Assembly (NCBI GenBank): GCA_012295275.1
Contig: CM022671.1
Location: 31,930,001-31,994,000, forward strand
Length of the DNA stretch: 64,000 nt
From: Chrysomallon squamiferum
Lineage: Eukaryota; Animalia; Mollusca
Direction of reading: 5' to 3'
Shown: positions 1 to 12,400 of the stretch, piece after piece
Layout of the letters: each line of letters begins with the position of its first letter
Position numbering within the stretch: the stretch's first letter is position 1
Program-made: the position numbers and the translations under genes
Notes under the pieces: model-generated
Seen by the model: the letters and a program-made list of their open reading frames with translations, nothing else
What the model was told of the DNA's origin: nothing
The model's database searches: none

Positions 1-96
1 AAGGCTTTGAATTCTTACTACTTCCCCTGCGATTGCTGGATGAAGACACATCCATCTCAGCTAGTAGGTGAAATTAGAACATTAACACTGTTTTGA
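1..96 (+). CDS. Possible 3' end of an upstream gene, PLAT/LH2-like C-terminus (KALNSYYFPCDCWMKTHPSQLVGEIRTLTLF*)
   Basis: Open frame from base 1 to TGA at 94-96; YYFPCxxW resembles the PLAT-domain end motif; AATAAA shortly downstream. A minus-strand exon reading is also possible. Confidence 0.3.
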   Translation, partial: KALNSYYFPCDCWMKTHPSQLVGEIRTLTLF

Positions 97-1559
97 TATT
101 AACAGTAAAATGGTTAAAGTTGTCCAATAATAAATAAGAAAATAAATAAAATGTCTCTCTTTAGATAGATACTTGGGAAAATGTACACTGATTAGATGTT
201 TCTTTACATATATTAATATTGTAACCGTGAAAACAGGTATAAGGCACCAACAAAATAATGACTTGTTAATTTATTGTAATAATATCTATATTAGAATATA
301 ATTATTTTATTTTACATTAACCTGCAGCTGATATGAAATTAATATACAGATGTAACATATATGTGACAGGAAATACGTATGATTCCTGAAAATTTCAAGC
401 AATATGTATAATGTCTCTGCCATGCTGTTCATCTTGACTCTAACTGTGGTGGGCTGGGTTTCACTAAATGCTACTGTGCAGATTCCAAGTGATTCAAACT
501 TCTTGTTGCCGATTTTTTCTTTAATTTTCATTAAATTGACATGATTTTAATTTACTGGGGGCAAAAAAAAAATCAGTTTTGTAATTCAGCAGAAGATTGT
601 CATATCTGTATGCACAAAGGGAATAACTTAATATATCAGTTTTATCTTGTGACAGTGATAATACTGAATTGATCTGAATTACAGAATGATATGATTGTTT
701 GTATTAATGAATTTGAATGACATTTATAAGAGCTTTGCTTAAATCCTAAAAGTAAATTACAAAATACAAACATAAAGAGTTGATTTTACATATTTCAGAA
801 TACAGCTGCAATGGTAAAGGTACTGGACCAAAAAGCTTATAACAAAAATTATCATTGTTAACAATTTGGAAAATGGGAACTTTAAAAGTGTCTTTCAGAA
901 AACAAACACAGATACAAACATACACAACTACACACACTCTCACACACACAACAACCAAAATACACATATACTCTTACACACCTCACACATAACACACAAA
1001 CACATTTACTATGAAACTTGTAAACACTGTGAGTGACAGCAAAAACTGTGATAAAAATATGTACAATGATGAAAAAAATATTCTGGTTTAATGAGAAAAT
1101 AATATAACCATTAATGTCATGAAGAGTTTTGTTATATTTTCTTTACAAAACAAAAATTTATTTGTTGGACTGGATTAGTATAATCTATTAAATTTCTGAT
1201 TTGATTAATTGTGGTAATTATAGAATATATATATTTAACTTATCTTATATTGAATTTAAATGGTAGTGTTTTGATGTTGGTATATAGAATTTTTCTTTCA
1301 GTCTGAAAAAGTAGCATAGATCTCTGTGGGCAAAAAGTCTGCATTTTTTGATGATGTAATATGTGAGCTATGTGATAAACATGACATCCAAAAAAAAAAA
1401 TTCATTTACACACTGACAGACAAAAGACATGTTCAGGTGAATAAAGATGACTCTCATTATTCTAGAAGAATTAGCATCAATTTAAAATACCACACTCCAT
1501 CAAAGTGACCTATTGTTTTCTTTACTTTCTTATGTTTGTATTAAAACTTATTTATAAAA

Positions 1560-3725
1560 TTCACATACCAGACCATTTTTTTAATAATATAGGTTCAATA
1601 CCATTATTTATATCCACTTTTATATATAATACTGGTACCAGACCATTCATATATGGACAATTACTATAAAAATATATATATATATATTTGGTTAGTTAGC
1701 AGTTCTTATGTAAAAGGAAACAGCCCATTTATAATAAACAAACACAGATCACAAATGTATATTACAGACACAATACACATTTTTATTTATAATACAGATC
1801 CCAGGCCATTTGTATATAATATAATACAGATAAGAGACCATTTATATATAATACACACAAACCATTTTTGTTGAAATAGAGGTAACATACCGTATATATT
1901 TGTAAAGGCGACCTTATGTATATGTAAATGTGTATTTCAAGACCAAAAATTGCGTCATTTTAGTTATTACTTGTGTATGTACTATAGATTGATGATTTTT
2001 GAAGGAATACTGGTTTACATTGTACGCCTACTGTAACTGATGTACTTTAACTTGCACGAACATACCATAATAACGTAAATGCATGTATTACACGAGTTTT
2101 GTTATATTTTATTTAAATGTATCATAAATAAGTATTGTTTTAATGTAATAGGTCTAACATGGAGACCTAATTATTTTTATATTTAGCCGTTCTATGATTT
2201 ACAAAATTTGTCGGTAGTGGATATATAATGACGATTGCAATATTATTTCACCAAATTTTAAAATTAAACAAGTGAGTTTTGTTTATGAAATTAGGACCGA
2301 TATTTAGTGTAATTTGGCAGAGAAGTCTGCATTCCTAGATCATTGCAAGACGCCGTAAGGCATAACGCCGTACTGACGGTTTTCTCGCTTTAAAATGTAT
2401 TTTTATGTCATTAAACGGAAGAATATCATGTTTTACATTCATATTTGGTTTTGTTATTTAATTTTTCAAAAATTTTTATACGATAAAATCATATTTTTGA
2501 AAAGCTGAAAGACCGCGATTATTTTTGATGCATCCCGTAGCAAAAAATAGTCAAAATGGCGACTCTTCAGCAACAGCAACAAAAGCATTACCTATGTATA
2601 AGTCGACCCCCAAAATATTACCTTAATATAGTCTCCCAAAAATTCGACTTATACACAAGTATATACGGTACCATTTATATATAATACAGGTACAGATAAG
2701 TTATATATAATACAGATTCCATGTCATTTATATATAATACAGGTACTCAGATCATCCATGTCATTTATATATAATACAGGTACCAAGATAATTTTTACAT
2801 AATGCACATTCCATGTTATTTATATATAATACAGGTAACAGATAATTTATATATAATACAGGTACCAGATACTTTATATATAATACAGATACCAGATAAT
2901 TATTTATAATACAGATCCCAGGCCATTTGTATATAATATAATAAAGATAAGAGACCATTTATATATAATACAGGTGCCAAACCATTTGTGTAAAATAGGG
3001 GTACCAGGCCATTTATATATAATACAGGTATCAGACATTTATATATAATACAGGTACCACACCATTTGTGTAAAATAGGGGTACCAGGCCATTTATATAT
3101 AATACAGGTATCAGACATTTATATATAATACAGATATCAGACATTTATATATAATACAGATATCAGACATTTATATATAATACAGGTATCAGACATTTAT
3201 ATATAATACAGGTACCAGACAATTTATATATGATACAGATACCAAATAATTTATATATAATACAGATTCCAGGTTATTGATATATAATACATGTACCAAA
3301 CCATTCATATATATTTCAGATATATCTATAATACAGGTACCACACCATTTATGTATAATTCAGGTACCAAACCATTTATATATATTTCAGATAACCAAAA
3401 ATAGATATATAATACACGTAGTTGGCCATTTATATGTAATACAGGTACCAGACTATTTATATAAAATACAGATACCAAACCACATATATATTTCAGATAT
3501 CCAAAAATAGATATATAATACAGGTATCAGACCATTTATTTATAACAGATACCAGACCATTTATGTATAATACAGATATCAGACCATTTATGTATAATAC
3601 AGATATCAGATCATTTATGTATAATACAGATATCAGACCATTTATGTATAATACAGGTATCAGACCATTTATGTATAATACAGGTATCAGACCATTTATG
3701 TATAATACAGATATCAGACCATTTA
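1560..3725. repeat. ~30-bp minisatellite (ATTTATATATAATACAGGTACCAGACC), interrupted by a MITE at 1890-2668
   Basis: Dozens of tandem copies visible; it generates the spurious LYINGL/MYNTDIRPF ORFs. Confidence 0.9.
1890..2668. mobile_element. Non-autonomous Tc1/mariner-superfamily (Tc2-like) element
   Basis: Left end TA|CCGTATATATTTGT; right end TCGACTTATACACAAGTATATACGG|TA; TA target duplication; CCGTA termini typical of Tc2-type elements; CpG richer than flanks. Confidence 0.75.
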
Positions 3726-4533
3726 TCTGGCATGCCTGGGGCTGCGGGCAATCAGTAATTCCAGATTTTCTGGTTTTCTGTACCAAGACTTAATACACAC
3801 TTAAAATATAAAATAAACAATGAAAAGTAAAGAATGAAATTGTATTTAAAAGATAGTTTACAGTTTTCTATAAGCTGAATAAAAGAGTCTGTGTTATGTA
3901 TGTTAAATGAAATAATAAAAATAAACATGGGATTGAGATAAATTTAAAATTTAGTTTGCCAATCAACATAACATTGTTTTTTTCATTTTACTTGAATGGT
4001 AAAATTCTTACAGCTACGCAACTTTGAAATAAACACAGAATAGTATCTAACACTTAAAAAAAAAAAAAAATAAATAAATAAATAAAACAAGAGTTCAAAT
4101 TAAAAAGTCTGTGATAAGTAAAACATTTTGAGTTGTCATCTTAAATGTACATATTAGGTCTCAAACAACCAGTCAACAACACTGTTAGTGAGAATGTGGT
4201 AAGAAACTTCTTCCATACCCTCACAGATAAGTCAAAAGAATGGAATGGCCAAGCATTCTCAGTTTTTTTTTGTTTAGGGACAAAATACCTAATAGAAATT
4301 ATGAGATTGCCCATCTAAAAAAGGTTATCTAAATTACATTTATATCTTAAACACAGAAATGAAAAGATATTACTGAAACAAGAGAAAAGGTAATTAGCTG
4401 GTAGCATTGCATCAGTGAATTTGAAAATGTTTTTTTCTTTTGAATCCACACACTGCTGTGTGTTTTCATCTATCTGAAGCTTCCTCATAAGGCAAATTTA
4501 CAACACACTCATGATAAATTAGCTATCTGTATC

Positions 4534-4699
4534 ATGGTTAGCCAACTGAGTCTTATATTTTTAATGTTGTTTGTAGCAACCTGTTCCTGGAACAGAAGAT
4601 GGTGTTGGCCAGGAGACTGTTCTGATCACCTGGCATCATCCTGCAAGTGTAGAAGAGGTTTCAAGAAAGTGGAAGGACCAGATTTCACTAAGTGTGACA
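4534..4699 (+). CDS. Gene A exon 1: putative signal peptide + EGF-like module
   Basis: MVSQLSLIFLMLFVA-TCSWNRRWCWPGDCSDHLASSCKCRRGFKKVEGPDFTKCD, 6 Cys; donor GTGAGT at 4700; an alternative acceptor ends at 4576. Confidence 0.75.
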
Positions 4700-6367
4700 G
4701 TGAGTTTCTACATGTACATTTTCATTTAATAAGTGTTATGTAACAAAAATAGAAATACAGCATCCAAGAAGTGATTTCAGCATTATTAAAGTTAAGTTTC
4801 CTACAATATGATATCTAAGCAGGTCAGTTTAATACAGTTTCACTTTGTTTGGATACAAGACTGAAATACAGTAGGACTGTGACATCTACTAAGAGAAAAC
4901 TGGTGAAGGACAGGATCACAGCATCATCTCTTCACTAAGTAAAATTTGTCTTAATTCAGACTTGAGGTTTCGCAGTCACATGCTCTGATATTTGCACTTT
5001 CCTAATCTCATTATGAGCCAACAATATGAAATGTTCAAATCCAGTGTATGTATTTTTGTTCTTATCATTGTTTTTGTTGTTGTTGTTTTTTTTTGAAAAA
5101 AAAAATGTATTTTATTTGATTTTATTTTTACTTTTTTTTTTTTTTGTTTTTCTTTTTTATTTTATTTTATTATTCTTTTTTTTTTTTTTTATTATTATCT
5201 TCTTTTTTCTTTTCTTTCTTTTTCTTTTTTCCATTTTTTCTTTTTATTCTTTGTGAATATCTATCAAGACTTGAAATAATTGTTTATTTTATTTTATTTC
5301 TTTCCTTCTTGTTTATTTATTTATTTATTTTACCATTACTGAAAATATGACATTATTATTATTAATTTTATTATTATTATTAATATAATTTCTATTTTAT
5401 TTTTATTACAATCAAAAATATAAATAAATTGCAAAAAATGATTTTTTTTTTTTTTTTTAAATCCAGTTTCAGCAGTGCCTGATTTGATGACATGTAACAT
5501 AAGGATAGAAGATAAGAATGGTCAGATTGTTAGATCAACTCCTGGCAATGTCACTGGTTGTGAACATGAGACAAGCACCTACTCAAACATGCAGCCTAAC
5601 AAGATGTTAAATTTCACCATTCTGGCATCCTTTGACAACAAAACTGATCTAAGCAATTCAAAATTTAATTACATTGTTAAATCAGCCAACCATGCAGGAA
5701 TTGTGAATGGAGTTGCCAACGTCTTTGTGGAAATGGTTAATGGTACAGTTTTTGTTAAATTATTTGAAAATGTTATTGAAATTGTTAATGTTACAACTAG
5801 TGATGGAAACTGTTGTGTACACATGGGGATGGCATTACCCTACTTTTTAGTTTCCAGTTTATGTCCTGTTTCTATACTAGTAGAGAGTTACAGATGTTTT
5901 GTATTATTTGTCTCACATAAAATAATAATAATAATAACAACAACTGCTTTTTCAGGTAACAAAAGTTTTTCAAGGAGGAGCTTATAGCACCCACCTAGTT
6001 AAACTCTGTGAACCTTAGCATACCTGTAGTTCCTAAATCACATTTCCACCAGTGATTATATTTTTCTCAACTTGTCTTTCCAAATGGATACTGATGCATC
6101 TTTAAAAAATTATTTTATTAATTTCTTTAAAAGAAATATAATCATATGTACTTGTTTTCAGAAGAGTTGTTAACTGTATTGCTACTTAGAGTTTGCAGTA
6201 TTGATAATTTTAGACTTTATAAATCAGACATAGGCAACCTTTTTCAACAAGCGGGTTGTTTCAGAACACAGCTCATCATCAAGTGGGCCACACCACTAAT
6301 TAACATTATCTTCCTTGTGAAAATAGGCATTCATTCGGAAAGTCTTTAAGGCTGCAGTTTGATCATG

Positions 6368-6407
<40 letters not shown>

Positions 6408-9400
6408 TCCATATGAATTTCTGCAGTATGATTTATTGGGATTTTTATATTTAAGGAAAACATCGCACGGTAAACACCATAAATCTGAAAGGTGGTGGAG
6501 ACTGCAGTGAACACATAAATAACAGAAACCCTTCAACTCTCCTTGAGTGCAGCTTCTCTTTAAATATCAGCCAGAATTTACAAAATGGAGAAAGGTATTT
6601 TTTAAAGTACTTTTTAAACAAATTTAGAGTACCTTCCCAACTTCTTTAACATATCAAATTTTCTTTTCAGAACTCATTGTTTAAAAAGGAAATCAAATTA
6701 CCTAATAGGTATTCATTTAAATATTGAAAGTCTATATTAGTTTTGATACATTGTGATGCATGAATGTCTCAATATCATAAGTAAACTGCAATAAAAATAG
6801 AGTATTCATTTCCAGACTGTGCACTGAATTTGTTGTCTCGTCTGGTGGGTTTTTCGAATACACAGACTTTGATGGAAATGCAAAAGGAACAGAAATATTC
6901 ACACCCTTGTCCAGTAGGAAGACTTTATGTCTAAACTACGATGATGTAAAACCTGAACACTGTTTAGCCAGTCAGTCTGTGCCATGTAAAAAGCTGCTGA
7001 TTGGACTTGCCAGCAGAATAACGAAATCTGAAGAGGTCACTCTTTTTCTAGGAGAAGGATGGAAAGATCCATGGACAGAAACAGGTTTGTCAAAACATGC
7101 ATCAGGGCTTAAAACCTTCATGCTGGAAGTACACAAAGTCAAACCAAAAGGAAATGTATTAGAAGTTGATAAAGGAAGCATGACTCCTCCAATTAAATTT
7201 GAATTATTTGCTTCATCTCTTGTCAATATAACATTTAAACTCCCAAAGGCCCCATCTTTGTATTGTATCATGCTTGAAGTGCATGATATTGCAGGCAATG
7301 TGAGATTTGCCAGAAGATTTGTCCTGTTTGACAACGAATCAAAAATTGAGGTTAATAACAGATTTCCTTTAAGAGTGACTTCTGCATCGAAATCGACTGG
7401 GTACAAATGGCAGGTCAATCATGGTTTGCTTTGTGTACAGTGGAAAGAGAGATATTACAATTCTTACTACATCCACAACAACCTCCTGGCTCTTATTACT
7501 CTAGACACTGCTAATGGAATATCTGGTGTTTATGATCAGCAAACTGGCAGACTCCCTGTCAATGGAACCAAAAGTATCCATGGATTAACAGGTTTCATGT
7601 ATTCCTATTCCTTAAACAATGGCACCTATACTCCAGAGAAATATGTGGCTGACTTTGAAAAGGAATCACTGTGTTTAAATCTGACTTTCTCAGATGGTGA
7701 TACATACAACGTCATCATCACTGCTGAAGACATCATGGAAAACAAACTGAGTGAAAATGTGACTGTTCACATAGACAGAACAGTTCCTGATATCAGTAAC
7801 ATGTGGCTGGTTAGGAATAACAATGACAAACTCTACGTCCACCACAGCACTGACTTATCACACATGGTGTTGCAATTTGAGGCAACAGATGCACACAGTG
7901 GTGTCTACTCAGTGGAATGGTTCCTGGGCACACAACACAACACTGCTGATATAGGACACGGAGCCCTGCCAGTGGTCAAACTTCCAGTTGGGGTAAGTTT
8001 ATCTTATAAACTTCGTTTTTGTTACAGATGTGTGTGTATGTATATCTTTTTAAAGAACACCATGTAAACAATTTTTAAAAATAATATTAAAAGTAAAGTA
8101 AAAATAAAATAAAACTAATAGAAATATGTTTTTTAATTTTATATTCATTATAAAAGTAAAGGAACGTGTATATATATATATATATATATACAAACATACA
8201 TACATACATATATAATGTATAAACCTGAAATATTCTTTTAGACAAGCTGTAAAGATGACAGAGAGTGTTATTGCCCATCTGTTGGTCCTTGTGCCTTCTT
8301 CAACTACACTTTAAAACTGAACAGTCTCATACACAACAACACACACATAGGAAACCATAACAGAGATTACCATTTTACACTAACTGCTACTAACATGGCC
8401 ATGTTGAAGTCAGTGTATCACTTGGACGTCCTCTTAGATGCATCACCACCAGTTGCTGGTGTTGTTCATGAAGGTTCACCAGATGGACCTGACATTGACT
8501 ACACCAGTGAAGACTACATCAATGTCAACATGCACGGCTTCATTGATCATGAAAGTGGGATAAGATATTACCTGGTTGCCCTAGCGGAACAGTGTTTAAC
8601 TCTGGAAGAGCTAACCAAACAAGAATCCCACAACACTTCTACTGTTTATAGAACAGACTCTCCAGTGATAAAAATACAGTTTCCAAACAGTGGTCTCTTC
8701 TACTCCTCTGTGGTTGCCTTTAATAATGCAATGGAACCGTCCACTGTTGTCTGTTCTGATGGAATCACAAAGGATGCCACTCCTCCATTGATGGCAGACA
8801 TCAAACTGAAAAACGGGAAAATGAAACAAGGCATCTGGTGTAAAAAGGCTAAGATTTGGCTTGTCAACGGGAACATGACTTTAACTGAATTACAGCAAAC
8901 CAAAACTTGTCAGAAGAAATGTTTACATCTTGAAAACATGGGATATGCTGACTCCTTGCCTGTGGAAAACACAGAGTTAGACAATGATACATCTGATGGT
9001 TTATGTCATAGATTATCAGTACTGAAAAATGATTCTCTCATCTATCTTCCATCTGATAAACTTTACTTGGAATGGAAAACTGATGAGACTGACAGTCAGA
9101 TCAGAGATTATTTGATAGGTATCGGTGATGACACATCTCAGATTGATTCACCACAAGTGATAAATTATGAATCCACACATGGGAAAGAATTCTTTCATTT
9201 TCAACATACTGGACTGAGTAGAAGATCTTTATTCTACATCTTCTTGAAAACTGTGAACAAAGCTGGACTGACATCATCCATTGTACTTGGACCTGTGAAG
9301 ATGGATGAAACACCCCCACAGGTGACAGAAAAACTGTATCCAAGAGTTGAAGGCAGCAGGGTGATTGTTAAATGGAACAACAGCAGTATTATAGATCCTG

Positions 9401-12400
9401 AAGAAAATGGCTATCATTTTACAGTACTCTACAGAGTTGGTAAGAATATTTCAATAAATTAAATGTGAATTTCTGAAGCTGACGTGGAGAGTGTTTGTTT
9501 TTTAGGAGTTACACTGTTTGTGCATATGTCTCAAGGGCTTAGAACTGTTTTGGTTCTCAACCTTTCTTTATAAAATGTGGGCTCATGGTTTTATGTATGC
9601 TATGAATACAATGTATGTCATTTGCCTCAATGTTTTTGATATATTAATATTTCATTTATGTGTAAATGGATTATGCATATAATGTTATTAGTATATTTAT
9701 TCCAGCTGTTGGTGTTGAATACATGACACCAATCCTTCAAACTCCCGAACGCTTACAGGGGCAGTGTCACAGGAAAGGATATGCAGGCTGTGTTCAGTAT
9801 CCTCTGAAGTCATTACAAAAACATGACTCTGAACAAGGGCTTTCTTTTCACTTTGAATTGTACATCTACAACACAGCTGGCCATTTCTGCACAGTGAAAA
9901 CTGAGACTTTTACTCTCCCTTCTCAGTTCCCTCCAGGAAAAGCCACAGTATTTGATATAAATCCTTACCATAAAGAAACACTCGCAGATGTTGACTTTCA
10001 CAATGCTTCACAACAAACATGTGTCTACTGGACAGGCTTCTACCATCATCATAATGTCACATTTCAAGTTGGTATAGGACTCCAACCAAGCCTTGATGAC
10101 ATTCTTCAGTTTGCTGAGGTGGATCTGAATCCAGTTTGTTTTAATTCCTCCAAGCTGAAACCTAATAAGAAATATTACACTTCAGTGAAAGCTGAGTCTT
10201 CTGGAGGTTCAACTGTTTCATCCTCTGATGGTTTCATCATAGTAGACATCACAGATTCTGAATATATTCTTGATGTCTTTGATGGATTCCCTTGCAGCAG
10301 TAAAAGCAGTCAGAAGCATCTGTCTCCACTGGTGAAGAAAAACCAGCTTTATGGATTTAAAGCCAATCACTTGCAGGTTGGATTAGAATATACACTGTTC
10401 TTCACTGATGCTGAACTTGGACACAACATCACCACCATTGTCTCACATAATGCAGTGATTCTCAGAAATGATCTTGAAGAAAGTCATTCCTTATTGTTTG
10501 TACCAACAGTATCAGACCCTGACTTCCTGTTGGATAAACCAGTCTCAGACCAATCCAATACCAGTTATGGTTATGTGAGTCAGTGTGTTATTGATTCTGA
10601 TTTTCTACTGACTGGACTTCAGTATCCAATGCACTGGAAAGTAAGTGGCTTGGTGGAGCAACAAGTTACATATTTCATTATATCTCTTGATCTTGACACA
10701 TGTAGCAACACCTCCAAAGACTGTGTTAGTGAAATAGCCAGATCTACAGTCCATGGAACAGAAAGGAAATATGTGTGGAATCAGCTGTCACTTCCTACTA
10801 GATCTTATGTCAAAGCCAATGTCAGGCCATGTTTTGAAGGTATCTGTATGAAGAAAAAGTCATCCAGTGGGTTACTGGTTGTTCAGAAACCAAGAGTTAC
10901 AGGTCTGCAAGCTACAGTTCTGTCAAAATCAACTAACTGTACTGATTTGTCGGTGACGATGGATGCTCTATGTGATTCATCAAACTCTGTCAGGATTTTC
11001 CAGTGGTACCTTGCCAAACATGAGTATGGTTATCAACAGTTCACATCAGTAAACACCATCAGCAAACAAAAAAGAGTTACAGAGGTAATTTTGTGCTGAT
11101 TGTTTGTTTTGTAACAAAATTAATTTAAAAATGAAAAAAAAAAAATGAAATTATAAAATGAAATTAATGAGGTGTCAAGGCATAATTAATTTTTGATGAT
11201 CACAATTATATCAGCAAGAAAGCCTAATATCCAATTTAAATTTTGTATTTACTTATTTCTTTTTAATTCATTTCTGCTTCAAGAACTTAGATAAGCAAGA
11301 TAATTACAAATATTGTCTTTGAAAGTATGTACTAATTATTATTTTTTTTAAAGGTTGTTGTGTTATTTTGTTAGGAAGAAAACTGCATTCATTTGATGGT
11401 GCACAGTTTTCAGGATCTGTTCATCTGTGCTAAAGTATTCTGCACATCAGGATTTTCAGACATAATTTGTACACCTGTAGGACTGGAACAAAATATCCAT
11501 AGATATAAAACACATGTCATCTATGACATTGATTTAAATGATTTCAATGTTGATAAAGCTTCTAATCTGGTAAAAAGTCAGTATCTTGATAAGGATAGTT
11601 TGAAATATCTTCATCACAAAGAGATCAATTTCGTGACAAGTGACACCATAATTGGAGCTGTTTTGACAAACTCTGCCAACAGGAATGTTACCTGGTACCT
11701 TACAACAAACAGTTCTCTTCCACTCGACTGTAATTCTGATGACACGTGTGTCTCAAAGCTTCACACAGTCGGTGGTGTAGCAGACTTCAGAAGTGTACAT
11801 TTACAAAACCAGAAACTTTACTTCATTTGTGCACACATCCAGGCCTCTGTTGTCACCAGAGAATTTTCTACAGAAAAACTGGAATCATTTTCAGGCTGCA
11901 GCAATGGTTTTGTTGTAGATGATGATCCACCAGAACCAGGCCGGGTTGACATTGCAGGACAAAACAATGGGTTCATGATACAACAAACAACACTCTATGC
12001 AACTTGGAGAGGTTTCTCTGATGTTGAGAAATATCTCACAGTTCCTTCTGCATCAGGAATTGCTGGTTATGCCATTGCTGTTGGTAAGAATTGATGAATT
12101 TAATATAAGTTTAATGGTGTTTAGTACAGAAAATAAAATAAAAGATTCTAAATTTCCAGTATAAGTTACAACACAATATGAAATTTATTTTGATTTGTAA
12201 TAAAAGAGTTTAAGAAATTAAGAAAATCTGATACAGAACATGGAATAATGAAATTTATTCATCTGTCAGCTTTATTCTAATATCACAGTCATTATAAATT
12301 CTTAATTTTTATTGTATTTTACATGATTATTTTCCTTTGATGTTTTTATCACAAAACTTTTAGGCTAAGTATTCCCAAAACTGTTATATACAATTTAAAA

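Noticed and set aside
307-967. Minus-strand ORFs 307-531 and 746-967 as a coding gene
   Set aside because: Exon-like boundaries exist, but joining them by the obvious splice sites gives an immediate stop; no recognisable protein
2670-3725. CRISPR-like array or repetitive protein ORFs
   Set aside because: Head-to-tail minisatellite without unique spacers in eukaryotic DNA; ORFs are repeat artefacts
5026-5350. Hydrophobic ORFs resembling membrane proteins (also 13747-13941, 24148-24468, 43391-43606)
   Set aside because: Translations of T-rich or (TAT)n low-complexity non-coding DNA
6972-7418. Antisense ORFs over real exons (also 8700-8903, 15936-16175, 37680-38018, 52912-53217)
   Set aside because: Shadow frames of coding exons with no independent motifs or splice support
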